From the IMG/VR virus record IMGVR_UViG_3300032006_001851: a stretch of 64,000 nucleotides of DNA; one strand, written 5' to 3'. Shown here one piece after another: positions 37,586-47,343 of this stretch (its first letter is position 1; every line of letters starts with the position of its first letter). The position numbers were made by a program, and so were the translations under genes. The stretch comes from an uncultured virus (IMG/VR IMGVR_UViG_3300032006_001851) (Duplodnaviria > Heunggongvirae > Uroviricota > Caudoviricetes). The notes beneath the pieces are model-generated. The model worked only from the letters and a program-made list of their open reading frames with translations, was not told the origin of the DNA and searched no databases.

Positions 37586-40500
37586 ATGTCGGCAGGCGAC
37601 AATTTTGATACTACGCGCGAAGGCGAAACCAGTTATAAGACCAAAAGGCATACTGGACATTTCCCTTTGCATCAGACATACATGTCTGGCAAAGATTATG
37701 CTCCGCAATATTACAAGTCGGATGATAATCTTGGTCACCCATGTAATGCTGGGTGTGGCTGTAAAGAAGTATGCGATCCCAACCTAACGGCTACGGGTGA
37801 GACTGGATGTTTGCTTCCTCCAGAACTTACCATCAGGGTCGCTCAAGCTTCCTCAAGACAGGGGGCTAGAGATAAATTTGAAAAGAAGGTAGAAGGCAAG
37901 GACTTTAAAACCTACCATCTAAAGTACGAGAACGGTACTTGGCGTGGAAGAAGATGTTGTACGGTGGACCCAAACACAGGAAAGGATCTTTGTGATCCGT
38001 GCTTAATAACCACTCGTGCTGATGGTAGCAAATCTGATTGTACCTATAGTGGCAGAGAGGGCGCCAACAGAGAGGCCCCCATGGGTACTCCAACCCATTC
38101 AACCGATGCTTATAGAAGCAGGGGAATGAGTAGTCGAACTCGTGAAACCTTAATGGGTAAGATGAGTAATCCGCCAACCTCGGCTCCTCATGCCCCCGAT
38201 CCAACCGCTGGAGAGGCCGACTGGATTCCACAACCTAGAAATGGTGGAACATTTTTTCAGGCTACTTCTGGTGAAAAAATTCACACCTGTCTGGAAGACG
38301 GAAGCGTGGTTTCTTTTGTCAATCCGTATTGTGAAGTTCTGGATATCAAGGGAAACAATCCTTTAACAGGAAATACTACGGCTGGGTTTTTTGAATATGA
38401 CGAAACTGCTTCATTTGGAGAGGCAGAGTGTGCCAATGGTGAATCGATAGCAGAACCAGCTAATCCGGCAATGTGTAATGATGTTGACGCTGGTTCGACT
38501 AGATTGTGGCGAACATTGCGAAATATAACTTCTGACAAATGCAAAAACCCAAAAACGGTTAGTATTACTTATAGCTTCATTAAGAAAGACAACCAAGATA
38601 GCAATGGGAAAAAGTTTGTCACTTTAAAAGATCATGTTGATGGTTCTGTAGATGCGGCAAAATTCAAGAGAGAAATAGGCAGTGCCTTTAACGTATGGAA
38701 AAGATTATTTGAAGATCAATTCCCTTGGCTGACTTTAAACTTTACGTCTCTTGACGACGAAACGGGAACCAGTCAAGAGCTAGATAGAACGGGGGGAACC
38801 ACCTACGATCTTCCCCATAAAGATAACATTGGCGATATTCGTATTGGGATGCAAGACCTCGGTGCTGCGGCGCTCGCGGAGACGTTCCTCCTTGATGCGC
38901 AAGCCGATCCGGGGTCGCAACTGGGTTTAAGAGGTGGTGTTGCTGGCGAAATAATTTTCAATAAAAACCAAGACTGGAGAACAGATGGTCAGCAGCCTTC
39001 TGATGATCCCGATGCCTTCAGCGTCATGCTGGCTGCGGCACACGAAATAGGTAATTCTCTGGGTCTCGGACATAGCTCCAGCCTCACTTCTCTAATGAAA
39101 ACGACGATGGGGGCTGATGAAAGTCTTGATCCAGATGGAAGTGCCGTTCCTCTTGACGGCGTCTTGAATAATTGTATTAACAGGATGTATGGTCCTATCA
39201 CATCAAGCAAAATAAGCGATGCTAAGATCGGAAGATGTGTATGTATTGAAAATTGTGAGAATTCAACCGAATTGTCGGTTAGCCTAGGTGCCATTTCACA
39301 ACATCATGAAATCACCAAGAAGAATGCCGCTGGAACAGAATTGTTATTGAATACTAAGGATAAATGTGAGAACACAATTCCGGGTCAAGATCCCGATCCA
39401 TTACATGAAAAAAAGTACGGCAAAACGAAATGGTTTCCTGCTCAGTGCGTAGTTTATGATGACAGATTCCAAGATAGTTGGAGACTGGCAAAGAATTGTA
39501 AAAGGATGATTCCAGCACACTGTGAGGATAGTGAAGGAAAATTCATTCATCAAGGAGATGAAAAAAGCAAACCCAAATACCCGACAGAGGAGACGTGCCT
39601 GTCCAGTAACAAGGAATGGGTTGCCGCAGCTACGCCACCTCACTGCAAAGATAAAGCTGGAAATATTACAAACCACAATAACCAAAAAGACTGCTTAAGA
39701 TTAAATAATAAGTGGGCAAAAGAACAACAATTCAGTGAAATAATAGTAGATAAAAATGGGTGTTTGGCTCGTGGATATTGTATAGACGCAAATGGAAAAG
39801 TAAAGGATGACGTTAATACTAAGAAAGATTGTGAGAAGCCAAATGAAACCTTGGGTGAATCCACCACGGGTGATACATGGTATTACAATACATGGACCAC
39901 TTCTTGGAAGCAGGCAAGAGAGTGCGTTAATACTTGCTGTGGCGGGAATTTCGTTGGTCAACAAAGTTCTGCACATCAGCCAAATTTGTCTAGTGGTGGC
40001 CGAATGGGCGGTGTCGCTGCAAGACCCGGAGGACAATCAGACAATATATGTGTTACCCCATATGATGAAGCTATCCTGATTGACCCCGGCAAAACTGCGG
40101 CACAAACAAATCTTCCATGCATAGCATCTCAAGGGGTTGGACCCCCCTCTTCTACCGGAGCGGGCAGAGGGGAAGGAAGCTTTATTCTTATACTCAGGGG
40201 TTGTGATTTTCACAATGATTGCACAACACTAGATGATCCAAACAGGGGTGGAAGAATAACGGTTCTGTATATTCCCCTAGATCAGATATTAAACTGTTCA
40301 AATTTGGATCTTAACACCTCTAAAATAGATGGAACAAACGACAACGTTGCCGCAAAAGCTTCTTACTCGTTTGAATTCACCAATCCCTCTATGGAGCATT
40401 ACCCTCTAGATAAAAATGCCGCGTCTCCGTACCTTGACATGATGGGGTTTGAAAGGTTTACCATTGCGGAAAGCCCAATATATATCTACCAAGAAAGCAG

Positions 40501-43500
40501 AAAAAAATTCTTCATACGACCACCCGGCGATCATGACCTGACTAAATTGAATATGCAGTATGGCCCATTTAAGGCCACTGAAACTAAACAGAATTATCAT
40601 AAAACATATTCTCAAGCAAGTCAAGATTCCATGGGATACACAGTCTGCGCCTGTACCGGTGGATGTTTTTCAGATTCTGGAGTTACGGGATCGGATCCTA
40701 ATGGTCGAATTACCCCCAAAGATTTTTGGACGGAGGCAGAGTGCAAGCAAGCTGGATTTGAGTGGCATACCGGATGTCCTCAAAACTTTGACGCTAATAA
40801 TCCTGTCTTTGAAAGTTGCCCTGTTGAAAGTGCATCTAAATGGTTTGATAGGGATATTGTTGATCCGGGGACTGGCAAGCCTGTTGACTGGTACAATGTT
40901 AGTCAGCAAATGCTGAAAATTTGTAAGAATAGACGGGCACATGTAGATGGAGTGTTAAGATCTAAAAAAGCAAAAATTCTTTATAAACATCCGTGTGAAT
41001 TTACCACGAGCTACTGTCAATACCACGACGGTGTTGGAATTAACGATTTAATAGAGCCACTTATTGTCGGTGGCCCGCCCTCTCAGTTTGGCAACAATAA
41101 CCTAGATTACTGGGCCGATACCGGTCTGTATCCACAAAATGTGCTGTATGGAGATGTGGGTCATGCCAGCATTTTCCAGCCCAGTCATGTAACTGAAACA
41201 TGCTTTGGAAATGAATACTCTGGCAATGTTGAACATGCTAGTAATACAATGCCAATTGTGATAAAGTCAAGTGGTCACGATTTAACAACCGGCGATGCTG
41301 TTACAGTCAATAACGTTTCAGGAAACTTCGCCGCAAACGTGTTGACAAATGCGAAGCTAGACGAAATACATTGGGACTTTAAAAAGTCTAAGGCATGCAA
41401 AGGTGAACATTGCAACAAGGTTGTAAACCCAAAAGGTAAATGTGTAACCGCACCATACGACACAAGTGGTCAACCAAAGGGGCCAGTTCCACTTGCCTTA
41501 TGGGTAGTGGATGTGATTGATGAGGATCACTTTGCTCTGTATGACTGTAATGGTGATCCTTCGGATGGAAGAGTGTGGTATAACACGGGAACTGATGCGG
41601 GTGCCAATGCAGGTTTTGGTAGGGACGAGCCATGTCCACCAGTCTGTGGTGACTCTCTTCCTGTGCCAAAGCCCAAGCATGATGTGCCGGTGTGGGAAGT
41701 GTGTCCGTATACTGGTTTCTGGGAATCACCTTCAGCTTCTGATCCATCGCAACTGTTTGGCAAAACTAAAGGATGGAGAGCGGGAGGTTTTGGATTCTTT
41801 AAGATAGATGAAGTAACAAGTGTGGCTCAGGATTGGTATGTTGATATTGAGCAGACAGAGGTTTGTCCAGTTTGCTCCGATCACTTTATGCCTCTTGAGT
41901 TAGTGGCTACCGTGAAAGACCCCGGAACTCTCATATTAGATTCTATGTGTGGGTTTGATTGCGAGGGGGATCTAGAACCAGTAGTTAAAACTGGACATAT
42001 TGGTCCCGATGGATTGGATGGTGTGATTGGTGGGGGACATTGTTGTGAATGCGCATATGGTTGTACGAATCCGAAGACCAAACGTGATATGCCATGTGGA
42101 TGCTGGAAGTGTTCTGATAGAACTAGATCTGGGGATAAGCCAGTATGTAGATCTGGAAAGAACAGTGCTTTTAAAAAGGCCCGGTGTAAAAACGCAGCTT
42201 CTCTGGATAAAGCCTGCGGTAAGGGATGTGAGGACGATGATTGCTGTTCTTGTGATTGCTGCCCCGGCTCCTCAAAGGAGACAAATATATGCAAAAAGAA
42301 ATACCCCACAATTTCAGACTGGCATGCTTGCAACATGCAGTGTGGAGAAGAAGGCAGTCCCACAAAGCTTGGAGAGCTAGAGTGCGAGAAAAAGATCATA
42401 TATACGTGTAAGCCCAATCCAATGAATCCCTTTGGCGATCCCTCAGTCTGTTTCAGTAAGGGGACACAGGCGTTGTGTCAAGGAGTATCTGGCGGTGCTT
42501 GCGAATGGATGCCGCAGAGGGTGATGAATGTGTTTACTCCCTGCTTAGGTTATCCCAGTAGCAGGGATTTAAAATGCGAGGGCAAATTCATATGCATAAA
42601 AGATGCTGCTAATTCCGAAGGACAAACCTGCACGCAGCTATCGCCTGCTGATGGTGGAGCGTATTTTAATAAAGAATATGAGTGTATGGGTATAGATCTC
42701 CCCGGAGATATGAAATGTCAAGATTGTAGCGGGGCAATCGTTACTGGTTGTGACAAGTTTGAATACAAGGAACGCGAACAATCATGCCCCGGTTTTCCTA
42801 AAGCCGGGCTTGATATTCCTATGAAGTGGGACGGAATAAAATGGATTTCTGAATGGGTTCCGATGGGCAAAGTAGGCACAAAACAGTGTCATAAATTTGC
42901 CGACACTCCAACGAGCGGAAAGGGAGTAACAGGTTCACCATTCTGCACGGGGGGAGACTGCAATTTCTGTGGACCATGTAATGAAGCCATATATGCATTG
43001 TCGGATCCCCGCGTTTCAATTGGAGATGCGCCAGAAGATAAATGGTATATGCAATTAGTAATGGGATGCGGTTCTGCTATTGATATGGGGGGTCATGGAC
43101 TACCTACATTTGATAGCTATTTTGAAACCGGATTGAATATGCGTATGAATATTACTACCTGTCGCCTACCCACTGGTGGACCCGGAAAATATCTTGGGCC
43201 TTGTCCGGGTACGGGTGGTTGTGAAATAGAGGGATTCAATTGTGGTCCTCGCATACCATGCACAGACTGTTGCTCCTTCACCAAGAGTTGTGAAATTCCC
43301 CTAATGTACGGAATGGACCCTGCCGCCTGTCTGAACCTACAGGGAGAGCAATTGAAAGGGAATGAATGGAGAACATTCAAAAAAGAACCTGAAGTGTTTG
43401 AAGTTTACTATGTTGACATGGATGACGAGAAGGGGACTAGAGGATATGATCTTTTGGTTGGAAGACAAATTGGTGGCAGGGCGTGTGGATGGTATGCGGG

Positions 43501-45655
43501 GAGGCAGGTTCAGCGTGGCGGCAAGACTGTAACTCTTCCACCTGACAGAGTCAGTATAGGCTTAGCAGACAGAACTGCTGCCGAGACCGGCGGCAAACAC
43601 TTTGGCAGTAACAATGTTGGAGGGTTCACTCTAGCGGATGCCGATAATTTTGGACCTAACTCCATGCTTCCTAGCTCAACCGACAGACTGTCTGCTAATA
43701 CTGTATATCCAGAAAGCACGTATCTCGTAGAGGATATAGAAAAACCCAGAAGAATCCCGGTAAACTGGGAGTATCATAAGGACTTTTCACAAGGGCCTAA
43801 GTTTACTCACACGGTTGAAGACATAACAGTAGATAAACAACCGGGGTATCGAACACTCACTAGCGACATTCCCACCATGGAAGTCTCTAGAAGAGTTGAC
43901 TCAATTATTCCATCAGATGTCATGACAGACGTAGACCCGGACACCGGCTTTGGAAAACCCAAGCCCGATGGAACCGCGAATTATCCTCAGTGGGTAGAAA
44001 TAAAAGTAAAGGATGCAACAAAGCTAACCTCTCACAACAGAGCGCTTGACAGATATCTTTACAGGGGAACAAGACAGGAGCCTTGGCCTTATGGGGATGC
44101 TCCTTGGCCAGTGCCTCATCAGTCTGAGTTTAATGTGCCTCAAGGATCAGTGTATGATATAGGCGCCAATTTTCCGGGGCCGTTAAATAATCTGTTTAGG
44201 ACTGGAAAAAAGGCTGAAAAATCAAACATTCTTTTTGACGACTACTTTATAGCTGACGAACCCTTGCTAAATCCTGTCCCAGAGAAATTGGGATTTTTTG
44301 AACTAGTTGAAACTCTTGAGGGATACGGCACACCAGTACCGGGAATAGCTGGTCGACATTTGAATACCCTTAGTAAGGTTGAAGAGGTTAAAATAAACGG
44401 GGTTCCACACATTCAGGTTACCACGGCTGTTGATCACGATCTGAAAAATGGAGAGAAGATCTGGCTCGACGAAGTTGTGGCTGAACAGGGTGTTTGCAAA
44501 ATGAGCGACTCCATATGTCAAGATGAAAATGGAAATGATGTAACCAGCACCTTCGACACTAAGGCAAAATGTGAAGTTGCAGAAATACCACCTAACAATA
44601 GGAGGTGGTTCGACGGCAGGATCTCGAAAAGAAAAGTTTCTCCTGATGCTTCTATAAAAGTGGATGAGGATTATTGTAAGAGTGCAGATTTTGGAATATG
44701 CAAAACATCGAATGATGCTTTAGGCATTGAAGTGAGGCTAAATCCAAATGAGATAAAGGATAAAGACGGAAAGTATGTTGGAGTTCTAGGAGACGCGGAA
44801 GGTAATGAAACCAATGCAATTCTGGACAAATCTGCATGCCTTAGAATCACTAAGGATGAAGATAAAAACGATATCTCTCCCGTGTGGCAAGGACCGGGAA
44901 CTTGGATCAATAGTGGTGTTGTTGTAAAGGGTTGTGTTGGGGCTGATAGTGGTGGTGGGGATGAAGATTGGGAAGAATCCTCAAGTGATACTTGTTCTAA
45001 ATGTTACATGAGATGCCGAATGGCTGGCATGTTTTGGAATTCTGAGGGCGCGTGTGATGCTAACAATTGCTGCGGAAGAGATGATTATTGTCCCAGTTCA
45101 GAGGCGAATGGAGAATGGGTAGTAAGCAATGTCAGCACAAGGACTTTCACAATACATTACGAATCTTATATAGATCCTGAACCTAATGATGCTATTGATG
45201 CAACCGGGGCGGTATCTTTAGAATACGATCCCACAGCACCCGCATCGTTTGATGCTCTTACTACCAAACACGCGGCTGATGGGTGGAATAAAATCGTTCC
45301 GGGGCATCCTATGGGTCACGAGGTAGGCATAGGAAAGCCAGCAGCATTCGGTGAATTTTATGAGAATTCCGCGTCGGGACTTTGGACTAGGCATGGTGGT
45401 CTGTTCAGGATTGTTGTTGGTAGTCACGAGGGGACGCCGTATCCGGGGATGGACGCTAGACAGGCAAACACTGAAGGCCCGGTTGATTTAGATTTTCAGT
45501 TTATTCGAATACCAGAAGCATGTTGTAATATACATACTCCCGTGGGGGATAATGCTTGTGCTAGCGACGGGTGGCCGGGGTATGGTCCTAGTTCAGCCCG
45601 CTCAGAGAAGTTAGATGGCATAGCTTTTATAGCAAATGTAACCGAAGGCAGATAA
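37586..45655 (+). CDS. Giant Cys-rich virion protein with matrixin (M10)-like domain and two E1-FCCH-like beta modules
   Basis: About 120 Cys by hand count. HEIGNSLGLGH...SLM at 39041. PIVIKSSGHDLTTGDAVTV and IQVTTAVDHDLKNGEKIWL modules. Confidence 0.7.
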   Translation: MSAGDNFDTTREGETSYKTKRHTGHFPLHQTYMSGKDYAPQYYKSDDNLGHPCNAGCGCKEVCDPNLTATGETGCLLPPELTIRVAQASSRQGARDKFEKKVEGKDFKTYHLKYENGTWRGRRCCTVDPNTGKDLCDPCLITTRADGSKSDCTYSGREGANREAPMGTPTHSTDAYRSRGMSSRTRETLMGKMSNPPTSAPHAPDPTAGEADWIPQPRNGGTFFQATSGEKIHTCLEDGSVVSFVNPYCEVLDIKGNNPLTGNTTAGFFEYDETASFGEAECANGESIAEPANPAMCNDVDAGSTRLWRTLRNITSDKCKNPKTVSITYSFIKKDNQDSNGKKFVTLKDHVDGSVDAAKFKREIGSAFNVWKRLFEDQFPWLTLNFTSLDDETGTSQELDRTGGTTYDLPHKDNIGDIRIGMQDLGAAALAETFLLDAQADPGSQLGLRGGVAGEIIFNKNQDWRTDGQQPSDDPDAFSVMLAAAHEIGNSLGLGHSSSLTSLMKTTMGADESLDPDGSAVPLDGVLNNCINRMYGPITSSKISDAKIGRCVCIENCENSTELSVSLGAISQHHEITKKNAAGTELLLNTKDKCENTIPGQDPDPLHEKKYGKTKWFPAQCVVYDDRFQDSWRLAKNCKRMIPAHCEDSEGKFIHQGDEKSKPKYPTEETCLSSNKEWVAAATPPHCKDKAGNITNHNNQKDCLRLNNKWAKEQQFSEIIVDKNGCLARGYCIDANGKVKDDVNTKKDCEKPNETLGESTTGDTWYYNTWTTSWKQARECVNTCCGGNFVGQQSSAHQPNLSSGGRMGGVAARPGGQSDNICVTPYDEAILIDPGKTAAQTNLPCIASQGVGPPSSTGAGRGEGSFILILRGCDFHNDCTTLDDPNRGGRITVLYIPLDQILNCSNLDLNTSKIDGTNDNVAAKASYSFEFTNPSMEHYPLDKNAASPYLDMMGFERFTIAESPIYIYQESRKKFFIRPPGDHDLTKLNMQYGPFKATETKQNYHKTYSQASQDSMGYTVCACTGGCFSDSGVTGSDPNGRITPKDFWTEAECKQAGFEWHTGCPQNFDANNPVFESCPVESASKWFDRDIVDPGTGKPVDWYNVSQQMLKICKNRRAHVDGVLRSKKAKILYKHPCEFTTSYCQYHDGVGINDLIEPLIVGGPPSQFGNNNLDYWADTGLYPQNVLYGDVGHASIFQPSHVTETCFGNEYSGNVEHASNTMPIVIKSSGHDLTTGDAVTVNNVSGNFAANVLTNAKLDEIHWDFKKSKACKGEHCNKVVNPKGKCVTAPYDTSGQPKGPVPLALWVVDVIDEDHFALYDCNGDPSDGRVWYNTGTDAGANAGFGRDEPCPPVCGDSLPVPKPKHDVPVWEVCPYTGFWESPSASDPSQLFGKTKGWRAGGFGFFKIDEVTSVAQDWYVDIEQTEVCPVCSDHFMPLELVATVKDPGTLILDSMCGFDCEGDLEPVVKTGHIGPDGLDGVIGGGHCCECAYGCTNPKTKRDMPCGCWKCSDRTRSGDKPVCRSGKNSAFKKARCKNAASLDKACGKGCEDDDCCSCDCCPGSSKETNICKKKYPTISDWHACNMQCGEEGSPTKLGELECEKKIIYTCKPNPMNPFGDPSVCFSKGTQALCQGVSGGACEWMPQRVMNVFTPCLGYPSSRDLKCEGKFICIKDAANSEGQTCTQLSPADGGAYFNKEYECMGIDLPGDMKCQDCSGAIVTGCDKFEYKEREQSCPGFPKAGLDIPMKWDGIKWISEWVPMGKVGTKQCHKFADTPTSGKGVTGSPFCTGGDCNFCGPCNEAIYALSDPRVSIGDAPEDKWYMQLVMGCGSAIDMGGHGLPTFDSYFETGLNMRMNITTCRLPTGGPGKYLGPCPGTGGCEIEGFNCGPRIPCTDCCSFTKSCEIPLMYGMDPAACLNLQGEQLKGNEWRTFKKEPEVFEVYYVDMDDEKGTRGYDLLVGRQIGGRACGWYAGRQVQRGGKTVTLPPDRVSIGLADRTAAETGGKHFGSNNVGGFTLADADNFGPNSMLPSSTDRLSANTVYPESTYLVEDIEKPRRIPVNWEYHKDFSQGPKFTHTVEDITVDKQPGYRTLTSDIPTMEVSRRVDSIIPSDVMTDVDPDTGFGKPKPDGTANYPQWVEIKVKDATKLTSHNRALDRYLYRGTRQEPWPYGDAPWPVPHQSEFNVPQGSVYDIGANFPGPLNNLFRTGKKAEKSNILFDDYFIADEPLLNPVPEKLGFFELVETLEGYGTPVPGIAGRHLNTLSKVEEVKINGVPHIQVTTAVDHDLKNGEKIWLDEVVAEQGVCKMSDSICQDENGNDVTSTFDTKAKCEVAEIPPNNRRWFDGRISKRKVSPDASIKVDEDYCKSADFGICKTSNDALGIEVRLNPNEIKDKDGKYVGVLGDAEGNETNAILDKSACLRITKDEDKNDISPVWQGPGTWINSGVVVKGCVGADSGGGDEDWEESSSDTCSKCYMRCRMAGMFWNSEGACDANNCCGRDDYCPSSEANGEWVVSNVSTRTFTIHYESYIDPEPNDAIDATGAVSLEYDPTAPASFDALTTKHAADGWNKIVPGHPMGHEVGIGKPAAFGEFYENSASGLWTRHGGLFRIVVGSHEGTPYPGMDARQANTEGPVDLDFQFIRIPEACCNIHTPVGDNACASDGWPGYGPSSARSEKLDGIAFIANVTEGR

Positions 45656-45664
45656 GGAGAAGGT

Positions 45665-46147
45665 ATGGGATGTGGAAGTTGCGGAAAGAATAGGACTGTA
45701 TCCAGACCTAGAGAAAAACCCACAGAGGATGTTCACGGGGAAACTGGATGCGATTGCATTTTTAGTGGGAGTGATGAAGAAATTTTCTGCCCTAGACATA
45801 ATATAACGAAAACTCCACACCAATACAACCTATGCAAGAAACGCAGGGACTATTTTCAGAAATGGGAAGAGGGAAGAGGACCATTCCAAACAGCCACCTC
45901 AAACGCCGAGGTTAGATCTGGAACAGTAAAAACCCCTGAAGAGAAACAAGCGGAGGAGGTAGAGGAGACAAAAGAATCAAGTGGGTTGGGGGATACTATA
46001 GAAAAAATTACAAAGTTCACAGGGATTAAGGCTGTGGTGGATGCGTTTACGAAGGCCAGCGGTAAGGATTGTGGATGCGAAGGAAGAAAGGAATGGTTAA
46101 ATAACAAGGTTCCTTACAAGCGTAAAACAAAAGGCTTTTTCGAGTAA
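45665..46147 (+). CDS. Small Cys-rich phage protein (GLGDT...DCGC..RK..LN type)
   Basis: MGCGSCG, CDC...CPRH...C and GLGDTIEKITKFTGIK...DCGCEGRKEWLN. aaggag SD. Confidence 0.65.
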   Translation: MGCGSCGKNRTVSRPREKPTEDVHGETGCDCIFSGSDEEIFCPRHNITKTPHQYNLCKKRRDYFQKWEEGRGPFQTATSNAEVRSGTVKTPEEKQAEEVEETKESSGLGDTIEKITKFTGIKAVVDAFTKASGKDCGCEGRKEWLNNKVPYKRKTKGFFE

Positions 46148-46159
46148 TGGTGTATAATA
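46148..46159 (+). promoter_or_regulatory. Candidate phage promoter element TGGTGTATAATA (second copy)
   Basis: Identical to 8035-8046, intergenic, upstream of a gene with an aaggagg SD. Confidence 0.6.
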
Positions 46160-46162
46160 CAA

Positions 46163-46178
46163 TAGATTGTACAATCTA
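46163..46178. promoter_or_regulatory. Perfect 16-bp palindrome TAGATTGTACAATCTA
   Basis: Lies between the promoter candidate and the SD. Confidence 0.45.
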
Positions 46179-46189
46179 AGGAGGTAAAA

Positions 46190-46900
46190 ATGGCATCCAT
46201 AGATTTTTATGCTGGCAATACGTCCATAAATAATCTTGCTGGCTCCGGGCTAGGTTTCTTTGGCGGTTCTTTTGGGCAATCAGTAGAGCTTAATCAGTGG
46301 CAAGGCACGACGTTTATAACAGATGGTAACGGTACTACAGACGGTGGGGCTGCTAAAAATATCAAGTATTCTACAGATACTTTAGCTTTCACTCCCAGCG
46401 TAGTTCCCGCAACCGGTCTAAAGTACATCCCAAATTCAGATGCTACTTTAAATGTTAGATTTGTTAATGCTTCAGATGTAAGAACTCAGAATGTAAAGTT
46501 TAGAATCTTTGACAGGGTGAACAAGGATCATCCTGCAAGCGGAGTGACTACTAGAGTTGCTGAGTTTATTCACCCGCAAAGTTCTTATAGCATCGAGGGT
46601 TCTGGGGATTCTATTTGGTGGGGTAGTGCTACGCACGCTGGAGCAGATGCTCAGGGTACTCAGCAAGGCTCGCCAAACCCAAGTGACAGATTAGCCGCTG
46701 GGACAAATACGGTTGGTGGAAGCGGAATTATTGTCCCGCTAGCCAAATCACCCGGACCTAGTGGCTTCTACGCTGGAAATGGATCAGCAAATACCGGCCA
46801 GTACAAACAACACGACTGGTACTTAGGTATTACGGCTTCCCCTGACAGTATTGGAAGCAAGACTCAATACGGCTTGTACGTTAGCCTAGAGTATCTCTAA
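46190..46900 (+). CDS. Putative abundant virion structural protein (G/S/T-rich)
   Basis: Own promoter candidate, strong SD, beta-rich. Last gene of the structural block. Confidence 0.55.
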   Translation: MASIDFYAGNTSINNLAGSGLGFFGGSFGQSVELNQWQGTTFITDGNGTTDGGAAKNIKYSTDTLAFTPSVVPATGLKYIPNSDATLNVRFVNASDVRTQNVKFRIFDRVNKDHPASGVTTRVAEFIHPQSSYSIEGSGDSIWWGSATHAGADAQGTQQGSPNPSDRLAAGTNTVGGSGIIVPLAKSPGPSGFYAGNGSANTGQYKQHDWYLGITASPDSIGSKTQYGLYVSLEYL

Positions 46901-46946
46901 GAAGCCCGCGACAAATGTAATTGCCGTTGTCTTGGGAGGCAACGAG

Positions 46947-46978
46947 AAAAGGCCCGGCGGCATAATGCTACCGGGCCT
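46947..46978 (-). terminator. Intrinsic terminator between the convergent blocks (possibly bidirectional)
   Basis: Hairpin AGGCCCGGCGGCA-TAA-TGCTACCGGGCCT, with AAAA on the left (U-tract on the minus strand) and a pyrimidine run on the right. Confidence 0.75.
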
Positions 46979-47007
46979 CCTCTCTTCTCCGCAAGACGCG
47001 CTAGGCG

Positions 47008-47343
47008 CTACTCTTCCTGCTGGGTCTCCTTATTCCACTTAACCCAACCACGATCTGGTAGCCAGTTTCCTTCCTTGTCCTTGCGTCTTGGGAAGAGTCT
47101 GCCCCCAACCTTCATAGTGCCAAATGCTAGCTTGGCTCCACAATCTACACACTTAAGCTCGTAGTATAGATTGTCCTCAACCTTCCTTACCTGAAATCTC
47201 AGGTTCTCGCTACCGCACTTTGCGCATTGCTCCTCACCAAAAATTTCTTGGAAGTAGGCTAGCTGTTCAAAAAGATCAGTTTGTGTATCTACGTCAAACT
47301 CAGCAGTCATTCTTCCATTGTTTGTGGTAAAAGTAACTTTCAT
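47008..47343 (-). CDS. Zinc-ribbon protein
   Basis: CAKC...CVDC. Start moved to MKVTF (TAATG overlap). Confidence 0.65.
   Translation of the reverse strand: MKVTFTTNNGRMTAEFDVDTQTDLFEQLAYFQEIFGEEQCAKCGSENLRFQVRKVEDNLYYELKCVDCGAKLAFGTMKVGGRLFPRRKDKEGNWLPDRGWVKWNKETQQEE

Noticed and set aside
64..46666. Many short antisense or alternate-frame ORFs in the track (likewise plus-strand ORFs in 48302-63714)
   Set aside because: They are nested in long, coupled genes, lack motifs, and read as shadow translations.
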